Source: an uncultured Verrucomicrobiae bacterium (GTDB lineage Bacteria; Verrucomicrobiota; Verrucomicrobiia; Chthoniobacterales; Chthoniobacteraceae). From it: a stretch of 64,000 bases of DNA. Positions 42,227 to 51,807 of the stretch are shown here, one piece after another. The stretch spans positions 384,001-448,000 of the forward strand of contig CAWHEP010000008.1 of assembly GCA_963828525.1 (NCBI GenBank), read 5' to 3'. The notes beneath the pieces were generated by a model. The model worked only from the letters and a program-made list of their open reading frames with translations. It had not been told where the DNA came from and made no database searches. Position 1 is the first letter of the stretch. The number at the start of each line of letters is the position of its first letter. The position numbers and the translations under genes are program-made.

Positions 42227-42616
42227 ATGTCGGATGCTGCATTGTCAGGAGAAGCCAGGCGCCTGCTCCTGGTGGACGATGATCAGACTGTTTGCGAAAC
42301 GATGGCCCGGATGCTGTCGCTGGATGGTCACACCGCCGAACTCGCCGCTGGCGGAGAAGAAGCCCTGGATAAGTTCGCTCCAGGCAAGTTCGACCTGGTA
42401 ATCCTGGATCTGGAAATGCCGGGGATGCAAGGGGACGAACTCGCCGCAGAGATCCGCAAAAGAGCCCCCAGCCAGCCAATTGTCCTCGTGACCGCCTACG
42501 GCGAGATGCTCAACGCGATGAAAGAGTGTCCGCCTTGCGTCGACCTCGTTTTGGGAAAACCCTTCGGTTTCGAGACGCTGAGAGTGGCTCTTGAGAAGGT
42601 TCCAAAGCGTTCATAA
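42227..42616 (+). CDS. Single-domain response regulator
   Basis: LLVDDD, ILDLEMP, VTAY and GKPF. Confidence 0.88.
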   Translation: MSDAALSGEARRLLLVDDDQTVCETMARMLSLDGHTAELAAGGEEALDKFAPGKFDLVILDLEMPGMQGDELAAEIRKRAPSQPIVLVTAYGEMLNAMKECPPCVDLVLGKPFGFETLRVALEKVPKRS

Positions 42617-42617
42617 G

Positions 42618-43997
42618 CTAAGGATGCCACGCCGGCAGGGCGATGCTGAATGTTGCTCCGGAGCCGGGGGCGCTACGGCAGGCGACCACTCCATTCATCG
42701 CCTCGATCATCCGCTTTACGATAGAGAGTCCCAGTCCCGTTGAGGGTTCGTTCCCGGTTGGTCGCGGACCCAACCGGGCGAATTTTTCGAAAAGATGCTG
42801 CTGGTCTGCCTTGCTCAGCCCGGGCCCTTCATCCTCTACTTCGAGCACCACTCGCTCTCCGCTCCTTAGAATCCGGATTCGCACCTGTTTCCCCGGTGGC
42901 GAGTATTTGATGGCGTTCGAAACCAGGTTCTCGATGACCTGGAATGTCGCCCTGGCATCCGCGCAGACCACCGCCTCTTCCGGCGGTTCGAACAGGATGG
43001 AGATAGTCTTGCGACCAGCTACATTCCTAAAAGTCGAAACAATCTGCCTGCTGAGTTCGACAAGGTCCAGCGGCTGGAGGTCAAAGGGAAATTTTCCCTC
43101 TTCTATGGCATTGATATCCAGCAGATTGCCTATGAGCTCCAGCATCCGGCGCGAGGTTACGATTATCTCCTCCGCGTCCGCTCGCGTCGTCTTCTCGTCG
43201 CCCGGAGAGTCGCGCATCAGAGTGGCAAGGCCTGTGATTGCCTGCAGAGGCGTTTTCAAGTCATGCGCCGCAATGCTGAGAAACTCGGATTTTTCGACGT
43301 TAAGCTTCAGTAATTGTTGCAGGGCCATCGAGAGATCACCCAGCGCCTCACTCATTTTGTTGAATGCGCGCTCCCTGCCGATTTCGAACAAGACGCCAAG
43401 CACGCACATGAAGATGGGCAAACCCAAAAAGCCCGCGGCGCTCACGAGAGGCTGGAGCGAGCCCGGATAGCGCATGGGAACTGCGATGTTCAGATATTCA
43501 AAGCGCGCGAAGACAAGTATGATGGAGAAGCAGATCGCCGCCCATATGATGCCGGCACGCTTCCCGACGAGCAGAAGCGCGCAGAGAGGCACCCCGGCGA
43601 GCCACGCGACCGCATGGCCCCGCAAGCCGCCCTCTATCGCTGAAAGGATGGTAAACCCGACTGTCAGGATAAAAGCATCCGCGTTGCCGGCGAGATCCAC
43701 CCGGGCGGTTTGCCGCAGCATCCATGGCACCGCCGCGACGCAGATACTGCATACACCGATAACCGCGGCACCCCAGTAATGCCCGATGGCAATATAGAAA
43801 ATCGCATAGAGCAGCCCGAACACAGCTCCAAGGGTGCCGAAACCAACGATCAGCTTCGCGTGGCGTGTGCTATCCGCATTCTGCCAAAGCGTGAAGGGAA
43901 TGAAGAACGCAAACAGTCCCATCTCCTCCGGCTGGGACCGCCTCCGGTCTTTGGCGGGGGCATCCCCATCGGGGGGGGGGCTCCACAGCTCCATCAT
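42618..43997 (-). CDS. Multi-TM membrane sensor histidine kinase
   Basis: About 6-7 TM helices, AAHDLKTP, NLVSNAIKYS, DEGPG and GLGLSIV. Confidence 0.9.
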   Translation of the reverse strand: MMELWSPPPDGDAPAKDRRRSQPEEMGLFAFFIPFTLWQNADSTRHAKLIVGFGTLGAVFGLLYAIFYIAIGHYWGAAVIGVCSICVAAVPWMLRQTARVDLAGNADAFILTVGFTILSAIEGGLRGHAVAWLAGVPLCALLLVGKRAGIIWAAICFSIILVFARFEYLNIAVPMRYPGSLQPLVSAAGFLGLPIFMCVLGVLFEIGRERAFNKMSEALGDLSMALQQLLKLNVEKSEFLSIAAHDLKTPLQAITGLATLMRDSPGDEKTTRADAEEIIVTSRRMLELIGNLLDINAIEEGKFPFDLQPLDLVELSRQIVSTFRNVAGRKTISILFEPPEEAVVCADARATFQVIENLVSNAIKYSPPGKQVRIRILRSGERVVLEVEDEGPGLSKADQQHLFEKFARLGPRPTGNEPSTGLGLSIVKRMIEAMNGVVACRSAPGSGATFSIALPAWHP

Positions 43998-44188
43998 CTA
44001 AGGTAGGAATGGGCATTATCGTTCAACCTCGCGGTCTACCACGTTCCCTGGCCAGCATTAAACACGCTGGAAAGACGTACGTTCGCACGCAATGCCGCAA
44101 TTTCCAAGGGTTCCGCTCTCAAAGCTCCGTGTCGTTCTACCGATGCCGTCATTGAGATTGCGCGCCGGTGCTGTACAGATAGTCCAGT

Positions 44189-44827
44189 ATGAAAATACTT
44201 CTGGGCATTTGCATACTGCTCATCATCACGACGCTTTGCGCTGCATTCTTGATGGAACGTAGCAGGATCGAGGCGAGACTCGTCGCAAAAGACGCCCTTG
44301 GGGCTGTGGAGTCGGTTTTCCATGTGACTCCGACAGTCAGCATTACATCCTCCGTCGCAACTCAGATCAGTTCAGAGATCCTGGAACTTTCCACCCTGGA
44401 CAAGCAGTTCCAGCAGAAATATACCTTCGAGGAATCGTTTCTGGGCAGCACGAAGACGCTCGTCCTCAACGGTGACTACTCCGTGAAGGCCGGGTTTGAT
44501 CTGCGGGACAGATTCGCCATACAAGTGGATCAAAAAAGCGGGGCCATAGTGGCGGATTTTCCCTCCCCAAAGATCCTCTCCGTGGAACTTAAAAATCTCT
44601 CGGTAACAGAAGACCAGGATGGCTGGTGGAATAAACTGCAGCGCGAAGATCGCGCGGCGGCAGTGAACGGAATGACCGCTGCCGCCCGGCGAAGCGCTCT
44701 CCAGAGCGATATCCTCCGAGAGGCTCAGAATGCCGCGAAACACCGGTTGGAAACTTACGCGACGCCCGGGAAGCTGCGGTGGCAGATTACCTTCCGGGCA
44801 ACACACGGCAATCCGCTGCCGCAATAA
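44189..44827 (+). CDS. DUF4230-like membrane-anchored protein
   Basis: N-terminal TM, VKAGFDL and FPSPKILSVE. Confidence 0.7.
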   Translation: MKILLGICILLIITTLCAAFLMERSRIEARLVAKDALGAVESVFHVTPTVSITSSVATQISSEILELSTLDKQFQQKYTFEESFLGSTKTLVLNGDYSVKAGFDLRDRFAIQVDQKSGAIVADFPSPKILSVELKNLSVTEDQDGWWNKLQREDRAAAVNGMTAAARRSALQSDILREAQNAAKHRLETYATPGKLRWQITFRATHGNPLPQ

Positions 44828-44835
44828 GGAGCCAG

Positions 44836-45252
44836 CTAGTCCGCTCGGACGAGCGGTACTGGCACGCGGACGATCCGTCGCACTCTGTCCACCGTCACAC
44901 CTAGAATTGCGTTGGTCAGAAAGCCGTGGCCGTGCGTGGTCATTGCAAGAAGCTCGCAGCAGCGCTCCTCTGCCCAGCGGGCGATCTCCGCGGCTGGATC
45001 ACCATACGCGAGGCTTGCCTCCACCGCGATGCCTAATGCGGCGACGCGCTCCTCTACGGCAGCGAGATATTCCCTGTCCCTCAATACCTCGATGCTCACT
45101 GCATCCGGGCCGAACCACCGCGCGGCCCAACCGTCCGCGACGTGGAGAAGTACCAGAGTGCTGCCGAAAGCCCGAGCCAGCTCGATCACATGCTCCAGCA
45201 GAGCGTTGTCACCTTCGGTGGCGTCCAGCGCCACAAGGATTCGGTTGTACAT
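44836..45252 (-). CDS. Universal stress protein
   Basis: MYNRILVALD, GDPAAEI, AMTTHGH and ILGVTVDRVRR. Confidence 0.88.
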   Translation of the reverse strand: MYNRILVALDATEGDNALLEHVIELARAFGSTLVLLHVADGWAARWFGPDAVSIEVLRDREYLAAVEERVAALGIAVEASLAYGDPAAEIARWAEERCCELLAMTTHGHGFLTNAILGVTVDRVRRIVRVPVPLVRAD

Positions 45253-45257
45253 GGTTC

Positions 45258-46673
45258 CTAACCGGGCGAGAAGACAGCCATGGCACTGCGCCACGCGTCC
45301 GGCAACCCGTAGATGTCCAGCGCTGTGATGAGCAGACACGATGCCCAGCACGCGCCCGCTAAAAACCAACCGTTTCGATACGATCCCATCACGCGCTTGG
45401 AACAAGTGAACCAGAGCAGCGGGAACATCGCCAGCGGAAGCTGTATCGCCAGTACGACCTGGCTCAAGTTGAGAAGATCATTAACCCCCTTTTCTCCGCG
45501 CAAGCCGATCAATACGACAGCCGGGATGATCGCTACAGCGCGAGTAATTATTCGCCGCGCCCAGGGCCGTATCTTCCAGTCCATGAACCCTTCCATAACG
45601 ACCTGCCCGGCCAGGGTGCCTGTGATCGTGCTGCTCTGGCCGCTGGCAAGCAGCGCGAGCGCGAAGAGAGTGCTGGCAACCGCCGCCCCCAGCAGCGGGG
45701 CCAGGGTGAGATAAGCTACCTGTATCCAATCGGCGTTCAGCCCGAAGGCGATCACTCTTCCGCCCGGCAGGGTGACGCTCTCCTTGCCATGAAAAACCAG
45801 CGCCGCAAGCACAAGGATTGCGGCATTCACAAAAAACGCGACGGATAGCGCCAGCACAGAATCGAGCGTGTTAAAGCGAATTGCCCGCCGCATGGATCGG
45901 TCATCCACGCGCAACTGGCGCGACTGCACGAGCGCGGAATGCAGGTAGAGGTTATGCGGCATCACCGTCGCCCCGATGATCCCGATTGCCACGTAAATCA
46001 TGTCCTTGCTGTGGAAGAAAGCGCTGAGGCGGGGAGCAATCAAAGCGGCCCCGAGTTCGCCGGGATTCGGGGTGGTGTGCGGCAGGATAAATACCTCCAC
46101 AAAGTAACAAAGCGCCACCGTCGAGACGAGCGCGAAAATCACGCACTCTATGAGCCGCATGCCGATCCTCTGCAGCGAGAGCAGCAGCAAGACGTCGAAA
46201 GCCGTGATCCCGACGCCCGCGAGGAGCGAAATGCGAGGAAACAGCAGGTGGATGGCTACCGCGCTCCCAAGAACCTCCGCGAGGTCGCAAGCGGCAATGG
46301 CGATCTCGCAACTAATATAGTTAGGCCACCGCGTCCAGGCAGGAAGATACTCGCGGCAACACTGCGCCAAATCCTTCCCAGTCACCACACCGAGCCGAGC
46401 CGATGCTACTTGCAGGAAGATGGCCATGGCGCTGGCGAGCGCCACAATCCACAAGAGGCCGTACTTAAATTGTGCCCCGGCGCTCAGATCGGTGGACCAG
46501 TTCCCCGGGTCCATATACCCGACGCTCACGAGGAGGGCGGGGCCTGCAAAGGCGAGGTAGTGCTTCCACGAACTCGCCGAATCGGGCGGTATGCGCACCG
46601 TCCCGTTCAAACCAGCGAGGGAGGATGAGCGGCGTCGAACGGCGTTCAATGCCGGTCGCGCTAAGTTAGGCAT
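45258..46673 (-). CDS. mntH: Nramp divalent metal (Mn2+) transporter
   Basis: GYMDPGNW, GATVMPHNLYLHS and GQSSTITGTLAGQVVMEGF. Confidence 0.95.
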   Translation of the reverse strand: MPNLARPALNAVRRRSSSLAGLNGTVRIPPDSASSWKHYLAFAGPALLVSVGYMDPGNWSTDLSAGAQFKYGLLWIVALASAMAIFLQVASARLGVVTGKDLAQCCREYLPAWTRWPNYISCEIAIAACDLAEVLGSAVAIHLLFPRISLLAGVGITAFDVLLLLSLQRIGMRLIECVIFALVSTVALCYFVEVFILPHTTPNPGELGAALIAPRLSAFFHSKDMIYVAIGIIGATVMPHNLYLHSALVQSRQLRVDDRSMRRAIRFNTLDSVLALSVAFFVNAAILVLAALVFHGKESVTLPGGRVIAFGLNADWIQVAYLTLAPLLGAAVASTLFALALLASGQSSTITGTLAGQVVMEGFMDWKIRPWARRIITRAVAIIPAVVLIGLRGEKGVNDLLNLSQVVLAIQLPLAMFPLLWFTCSKRVMGSYRNGWFLAGACWASCLLITALDIYGLPDAWRSAMAVFSPG

Positions 46674-46679
46674 ACCTAA
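46666..46679. promoter_or_regulatory. DtxR/MntR-type operator TTAGG-CATA-CCTAA overlapping the mntH start codon
   Basis: Perfect inverted repeat matching the TTAGG-N4-CCTAA core of DtxR/MntR boxes, adjacent to a divergent DtxR-family gene. Confidence 0.75.
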
Positions 46680-46681
46680 GT

Positions 46682-46710
46682 ATATTGCCCTATGCTAGTT
46701 TTCCTGTCAA
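46682..46710 (-). promoter_or_regulatory. Sigma-70 type promoter for mntH (TTGACA-N17-CAATAT)
   Basis: Plus strand TGTCAA at 46705-46710 and ATATTG at 46682-46687. Confidence 0.6.
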
Positions 46711-46757
46711 CATCGAAAATAATTGTGTTCGCCAAGTGTTTCCGCTACTCTCCTCCC

Positions 46758-47195
46758 ATGCCGGCCAAGTCTCCGCCCCTCGGCCATTCTTCCGCTGTTG
46801 AGGATTACCTTGAGCGCATCCTCGGACTCATCAATTCCAAGGGCTACGCCCGGGTGGTCGACATCGCGTCAAGTCTGAAAATCTCACAGGCCAGCGTGAC
46901 CAACATGGTGCAGAGGCTCGACGGCGAGGGCTTGCTCAAGTATGAGAAATACAGGGGCCTTGTCCTCACCACCGCTGGTGAAACCCTCGCGAGGAACATC
47001 ACTCACAGGCACCATCTTCTTACCGACTTTCTCAAGTTGCTTGGAATAGATGACCAGGTCATCTATCATGACGTGGAAGGAATGGAGCATCACATCAGCA
47101 CGGAGACACTGCGCGCCATAGAAGCGCTGACTCAGTTGCTCCAGAAGCAGCCCCGCCTCCTCACCCAGATTCAAAAGCAGACCCATGCGCATTAA
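46758..47195 (+). CDS. mntR: DtxR/MntR family metal-dependent repressor (no FeoA domain)
   Basis: VEDYLERI, ARVVDIA, YEKYRGLVLT and EGMEHHIS. Confidence 0.9.
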   Translation: MPAKSPPLGHSSAVEDYLERILGLINSKGYARVVDIASSLKISQASVTNMVQRLDGEGLLKYEKYRGLVLTTAGETLARNITHRHHLLTDFLKLLGIDDQVIYHDVEGMEHHISTETLRAIEALTQLLQKQPRLLTQIQKQTHAH

Positions 47196-48105
47196 GCAGA
47201 TCGATCACGCAGGCTGGGAGAATAACCTTCATCTCGCCAATGACCATGTGGAGCTGATCATCAGCCTGGATGTGGGGCCGCGGATTCTTTCCTACTCGGT
47301 TCCAGGCGGTAAAAACGTTCTTAAAAATTACCCCGAGCAACTAGGGAAAACGGGCGAGAGCGAGTGGATGATCCGCGGTGGGCACCGTTTCTGGATCGCG
47401 CCGGAGGATGAGGCACTGAGCTACGTTCCAGACAACGTCGCGGTAAAACACACGTTGCGGGAACCGAATGGCGTTCTGCTCGAGAACGCCTCCGCGGAGC
47501 CTCACCGCATAAAAAAGGAGTTGGAGGTCTCGCTCGCCGCCCACAGTTCTGAAGTCACTGTCCTGCATCGCGCGACCAACGAGGGCTCAAGCCCGATCAC
47601 GATCGCAACCTGGGGACTTACGGTCATGGCACAGGGAGGACTTGAGATCATCCCGCTGCCGCCACTTGGACAACACCCACGCGACCTGCTGCCGAACCGT
47701 CTGATGATTGCATGGCCCTATACGGATTTCTCGGATCCGCGCTGGCGTTTCGGCTGGCGTTTCATCACTCTTCGCCAGACTACGGACGGCGCTCCCACAA
47801 AATTAGGCCTCGCGCACAAGGAGCGATGGATCGGTTATCTCACGCGGGATGCCCTTTTCCTCAAAACCTTCGGCTTCGACGAATCGGGGGTCTATCCGGA
47901 TCAAGGCTGTAACTTCGAGACGTTTACCAATCCTGAGATGCTCGAAATCGAATCTTTAAGCCCTTTACGCGCGCTAAACCCGGGAGAATCCGTCTCTCAC
48001 ACTGAGAAGTGGCATCTTTTCGGTGGCATCTCGGAGCCAGACTCTCTGAAAGAGGCTGATCTCGCGGGATGGATCGAACCGTTCTTGAAAGATGCGGGGC
48101 TCTGA
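47185..48105 (+). CDS. Conserved hypothetical protein (possible galactose mutarotase-like fold)
   Basis: DVGPRIL, GGHRFWIAPE and MLEIESLSP; overlaps the mntR stop. Confidence 0.65.
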   Translation: MRIKQIDHAGWENNLHLANDHVELIISLDVGPRILSYSVPGGKNVLKNYPEQLGKTGESEWMIRGGHRFWIAPEDEALSYVPDNVAVKHTLREPNGVLLENASAEPHRIKKELEVSLAAHSSEVTVLHRATNEGSSPITIATWGLTVMAQGGLEIIPLPPLGQHPRDLLPNRLMIAWPYTDFSDPRWRFGWRFITLRQTTDGAPTKLGLAHKERWIGYLTRDALFLKTFGFDESGVYPDQGCNFETFTNPEMLEIESLSPLRALNPGESVSHTEKWHLFGGISEPDSLKEADLAGWIEPFLKDAGL

Positions 48106-48119
48106 TTCATTTCTCTTTC

Positions 48120-48599
48120 ATGTCACAGCGCATCGTTCGGGGAATCTTGCTCATTATCTCAGCCGCCTTGTTGGGATGCGCGAACGAGGAGTTCGAGGGC
48201 ATTCAATCCGCTCGGCTTGCCATGTCGGAGAGCATCAAAAGCGAACAACCCGGGGACTATTTTATCGGGAGGCGCTACTTCAAGCAGGACTATAAATTCT
48301 GGGGCTATCTCCGCCGGCCCGGCCAACCTTGGAGCACGGCAAAGCTCGTGATGTTGAACGAACAGGAGAAGCTCGCGCCGGACAGGCAGATGGGAACTCT
48401 GGGCAGTGACAACAATTACGAATACACCATATATGGTCATTTCTCCGGCCAGACCGTCTATGAACCGGCGAGCAATGGCTTCTATCCCGAATTCATCCTC
48501 GCTGGCTACGAAGTTCGTTCCGTTTCTCCGCCTTCCATCTTCCGCGACCCCGCCGCCGCTGGAGACCCCGCGCGGCGCGTCATCGCTTCTCCTTACTAG
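48120..48599 (+). CDS. Putative lipoprotein
   Basis: Lipobox LLGC; YFIGRRY, FWGYLR and YEPASN. Confidence 0.7.
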   Translation: MSQRIVRGILLIISAALLGCANEEFEGIQSARLAMSESIKSEQPGDYFIGRRYFKQDYKFWGYLRRPGQPWSTAKLVMLNEQEKLAPDRQMGTLGSDNNYEYTIYGHFSGQTVYEPASNGFYPEFILAGYEVRSVSPPSIFRDPAAAGDPARRVIASPY

Positions 48600-48608
48600 C
48601 CAATCAAT

Positions 48609-49973
48609 ATGAGCCAGGCAAAGACCAGCGCGGGTCGCATGGAAAACATCGTGAGCCTCTGCAAACGCAGAGGATTCATCTTCCAATCCAGCGAAATCTA
48701 CGGCGGGCTCAATGGTTGCTGGGATTACGGCCCTCTCGGCGTGGAGCTCAAGCGCAACCTGAAGGACTACTGGTGGAGGCGCATGACGCGCGAGCGCGAC
48801 GACATTGTAGGTCTTGACGGTTCCATACTAATGAACCGCCAGGTTTGGAAGGCCAGCGGGCACGAAGACACGTTCAGCGATCCCATGGTGGACTGCCGCA
48901 ACTGCAAGGCGCGTCACCGCGCGGACCAATTGCCGGATAAGGCAGGGGAGAAATACTGTCCGAGCTGCGGCAGCCGTGACCTCACAGAGCCGCGCGCGTT
49001 CAACCTCATGTTCAAGACCTACGTGGGAGCCACGGAGGATGAGAGCGCCATCACCTATCTCCGCCCAGAGACCGCGCAGGCGATCTTCGTGCAGTTCAAG
49101 AACGTGCTCGAGACCTGCCGCAAAAAACTGCCGTTTGGCATTGCCCAGATCGGCAAGGCGTTCCGGAACGAGATAAATCCCCGCAACTTTACCTTCCGTT
49201 CACGTGAGTTTGAACAAATGGAACTCGAGTATTTCTGCAAGCCGGAGCAAGGCACAGAGCTGCTCGCTTACTGGCTTGAGGAAAGGCTCAAGTTTTATGA
49301 GGAAATTGGCATTCCGCGCGCCAGGCTGCATGTTCTCGATGTGCCCGCCGCGGACCGCGCCTTTTACTCGAAGGGCACCTACGACATTGAGTATGAGTTT
49401 CCTTTTGGAATCCAGGAGCTTGAGGGCGTCGCCTATAGGACAGATTACGACCTCACGCAGCATCAAAAGGGGAGTGGCAAGCCGATGGATTACTTCGACG
49501 AGGAGACGAAGCAGCGCTTCATTCCCCACGTCATCGAGCCAAGCGCGGGCGTGGATCGCACCGTCCTTGCTCTCATTTGCAACGCGTTTGACGAAGAAAC
49601 CGTCACGGATGAAAAGGGCAAGGCGGAGACCCGCACGGTTCTGCGATTCCACCCGCGTATCGCGCCCGTCAAGTGCGGCATATTCCCACTCCTGAAGAAC
49701 AATCCCGCGCTGGTCGAGAAGGCCCGCGAGGTTGCGGGGCTTCTCCGTCCGCACATGCTCTGCTTCTACGATGAAAGCGGAGCGATTGGCCGCCGTTACC
49801 GTCGACAGGATGAAGCAGGCACACCCTTTGGTGTTACGATCGACTTCGACACAATCGGCGAGAATGGGCCGGAACTCGCCGACACCGTTACCCTGCGCCA
49901 CCGCGACAGCATGAAGCAGGAACGCCTGCCCATCTCAGAAGTTTTGGCAAGGCTTCTGCCAGAGATACATTAG
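48609..49973 (+). CDS. glyQS: Glycine--tRNA ligase (alpha2 type)
   Basis: CKRRGF, LRPETAQ, GKAFRNEI, PHVIEPSAG and IGRRYRRQDE. Confidence 0.96.
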   Translation: MSQAKTSAGRMENIVSLCKRRGFIFQSSEIYGGLNGCWDYGPLGVELKRNLKDYWWRRMTRERDDIVGLDGSILMNRQVWKASGHEDTFSDPMVDCRNCKARHRADQLPDKAGEKYCPSCGSRDLTEPRAFNLMFKTYVGATEDESAITYLRPETAQAIFVQFKNVLETCRKKLPFGIAQIGKAFRNEINPRNFTFRSREFEQMELEYFCKPEQGTELLAYWLEERLKFYEEIGIPRARLHVLDVPAADRAFYSKGTYDIEYEFPFGIQELEGVAYRTDYDLTQHQKGSGKPMDYFDEETKQRFIPHVIEPSAGVDRTVLALICNAFDEETVTDEKGKAETRTVLRFHPRIAPVKCGIFPLLKNNPALVEKAREVAGLLRPHMLCFYDESGAIGRRYRRQDEAGTPFGVTIDFDTIGENGPELADTVTLRHRDSMKQERLPISEVLARLLPEIH

Positions 49974-50164
49974 CCTCCAGAGATCCGCTTCGCAGATCCT
50001 ATAACAGGATTGACGCCACGGAGTCTCTGCGGCAAATTGCATCATCGTCCCTCCTGACTCGCCTCTGGCGATGTCGTGCCAGCGATTTACCAGGCAGATA
50101 GTTCCCGCTCCATAAGGGGAATGTGGAGGCGCGATTCAGTGGAAGCGCGCTACTAATTTCTCAA

Positions 50165-51700
50165 ATGAGTGAAATATCCCAAAGAACGCCGAGTGAGATA
50201 GACCCAAAAAAGCCCCGCGCGAAATTCTCGTGGAGCCGCTTTGGTGGAAAATTCCTGGTCATCAGTGTTCTGGTTCATCTCATTTTTCTTTCAGGCGCCG
50301 GCTACCTCGTAGTGCAGTCGTTCATAGCTCGGCACAAGCCGAACTTCCATCCAGGGCCGCAAGCTCCAAACGCGGTGGCAAAGTTGGTGGAACACCGGGT
50401 ACAGCTTAAGAAGGATGCTAACATGAGCGCGCCTCAGATGGCCAAACGCATCACCGTGGCGAACAATCTGGGGAGGATCAACCTGCCAGAGATGCCCGAA
50501 ATGCCGACCCAGACCGACGACGTCAAACCGATGAAAATGTCGGGCAAGGAAATGGGCATGGGGATGGGCCCTGGCACAGGAGGCGGTGGCGGGGGCCCTG
50601 GCGGCGGTGGAGGATCTGGATTCACTCTGCCAAAAATCATGGCAGACCGATGCAGCACGGAAGGACGGCTCAAAGAAATTCAGGAAAACGGAGGCGACCC
50701 CAGAAGCGAAGCCGTCATTCAGACCGCGTTGCGCTGGCTGCAAAAGAGTCAAAATTCAGATGGCTCGTGGGGCTCAAGTTACAAAGGCGGCCACACTGGA
50801 CTCGCGTTGCTCGCGTTTCTTGGCCATTGCGAAAAACCTTCGTCGGGCGAATTCGGCCCAACCGTCAAAAACGCAATCGACCGGCTCGTTGAGGAAGGCA
50901 CCACGGGAGATGGAAATTTGGCGTTTGGCGATAAATCGAAGGACTTTCCTTATTCGCATGCCATTGCGGCATACGCGCTGGGTGAAGCATATATCCTGAC
51001 GCACGATGCTCGCATACCTGCCATTCTGACGAAGGCGATCGGCATTATTGTGAAAGGGCAAAGGGGTGACGGCGGCTGGTCTTATTCGTATGACACAGGC
51101 GGTTCCGCGAAGCCGGATAACTCGGTTACATGCTGGCAGATTCAAGCTTTGAAGACGGCTCATTACAGCGGCCTTAACCTGAACGGAGTTGACGCCGCTC
51201 TCGACAGGTCGATGAAGTTCCTTTCCAATATGCAGGGGGACAACGGAATTTTTGGCTACAACAAACCTGGTGAGGGCGGCGGTCACGATATGACCGGCGG
51301 CAGTGTATTCTGTCTATTAATTTGGAATCATATCAAAGACGGCGCTGTTCGGGATGGATTGAAAGTTCTGAAGGAAGGCCCGCTCAAACAGAAGAAGGCG
51401 CCGCCAAAGCCGAACTATGAATATGGCGATGCGAATCTTTATGCCTGGTATTACAACACCCAAGCCTGCTTCCAGGCTGGCGGATACCATTGGACTTGGT
51501 GGAATCGCCAATTCGCAAGCCAGGTCATAGACCACCAGAAGCCTGATGGCAGTTGGCCGCCAGTGGGCAAAAAGGCTAAAGCATACGAAGACAGCAAGGG
51601 TGTCGATGCTCCGGTTTTCCGGACAACTCTTTGTATTCTGATGCTGGAAGTGTACTACCGCTACCTTTCGACTTCCAAATCCGAGGGCGTCGCCCAGTAG
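50165..51700 (+). CDS. Membrane-anchored prenyltransferase/squalene-oxidase-repeat (QW motif) protein
   Basis: N-terminal TM, Pro/Gly-rich linker, QNSDGSW, QRGDGGW and QKPDGSW repeats, LMLEVYYRYL tail. Confidence 0.8.
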   Translation: MSEISQRTPSEIDPKKPRAKFSWSRFGGKFLVISVLVHLIFLSGAGYLVVQSFIARHKPNFHPGPQAPNAVAKLVEHRVQLKKDANMSAPQMAKRITVANNLGRINLPEMPEMPTQTDDVKPMKMSGKEMGMGMGPGTGGGGGGPGGGGGSGFTLPKIMADRCSTEGRLKEIQENGGDPRSEAVIQTALRWLQKSQNSDGSWGSSYKGGHTGLALLAFLGHCEKPSSGEFGPTVKNAIDRLVEEGTTGDGNLAFGDKSKDFPYSHAIAAYALGEAYILTHDARIPAILTKAIGIIVKGQRGDGGWSYSYDTGGSAKPDNSVTCWQIQALKTAHYSGLNLNGVDAALDRSMKFLSNMQGDNGIFGYNKPGEGGGHDMTGGSVFCLLIWNHIKDGAVRDGLKVLKEGPLKQKKAPPKPNYEYGDANLYAWYYNTQACFQAGGYHWTWWNRQFASQVIDHQKPDGSWPPVGKKAKAYEDSKGVDAPVFRTTLCILMLEVYYRYLSTSKSEGVAQ

Positions 51701-51807
51701 CCCTTAGCTCCTTTTCGACTGCGCGGTTCCCTTCCCGCTCTCGTTGAAGCCTGCGACACGGAAACCGTCCCCGCAAAGAATGACGCTGCCACTCATCCTC
51801 TCCCGGC

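Noticed and set aside
49974..50164. Intergenic region after glyQS as a riboswitch or ncRNA
   Set aside because: No recognisable aptamer motif or convincing structure was found by eye; a covariance-model search would be needed.
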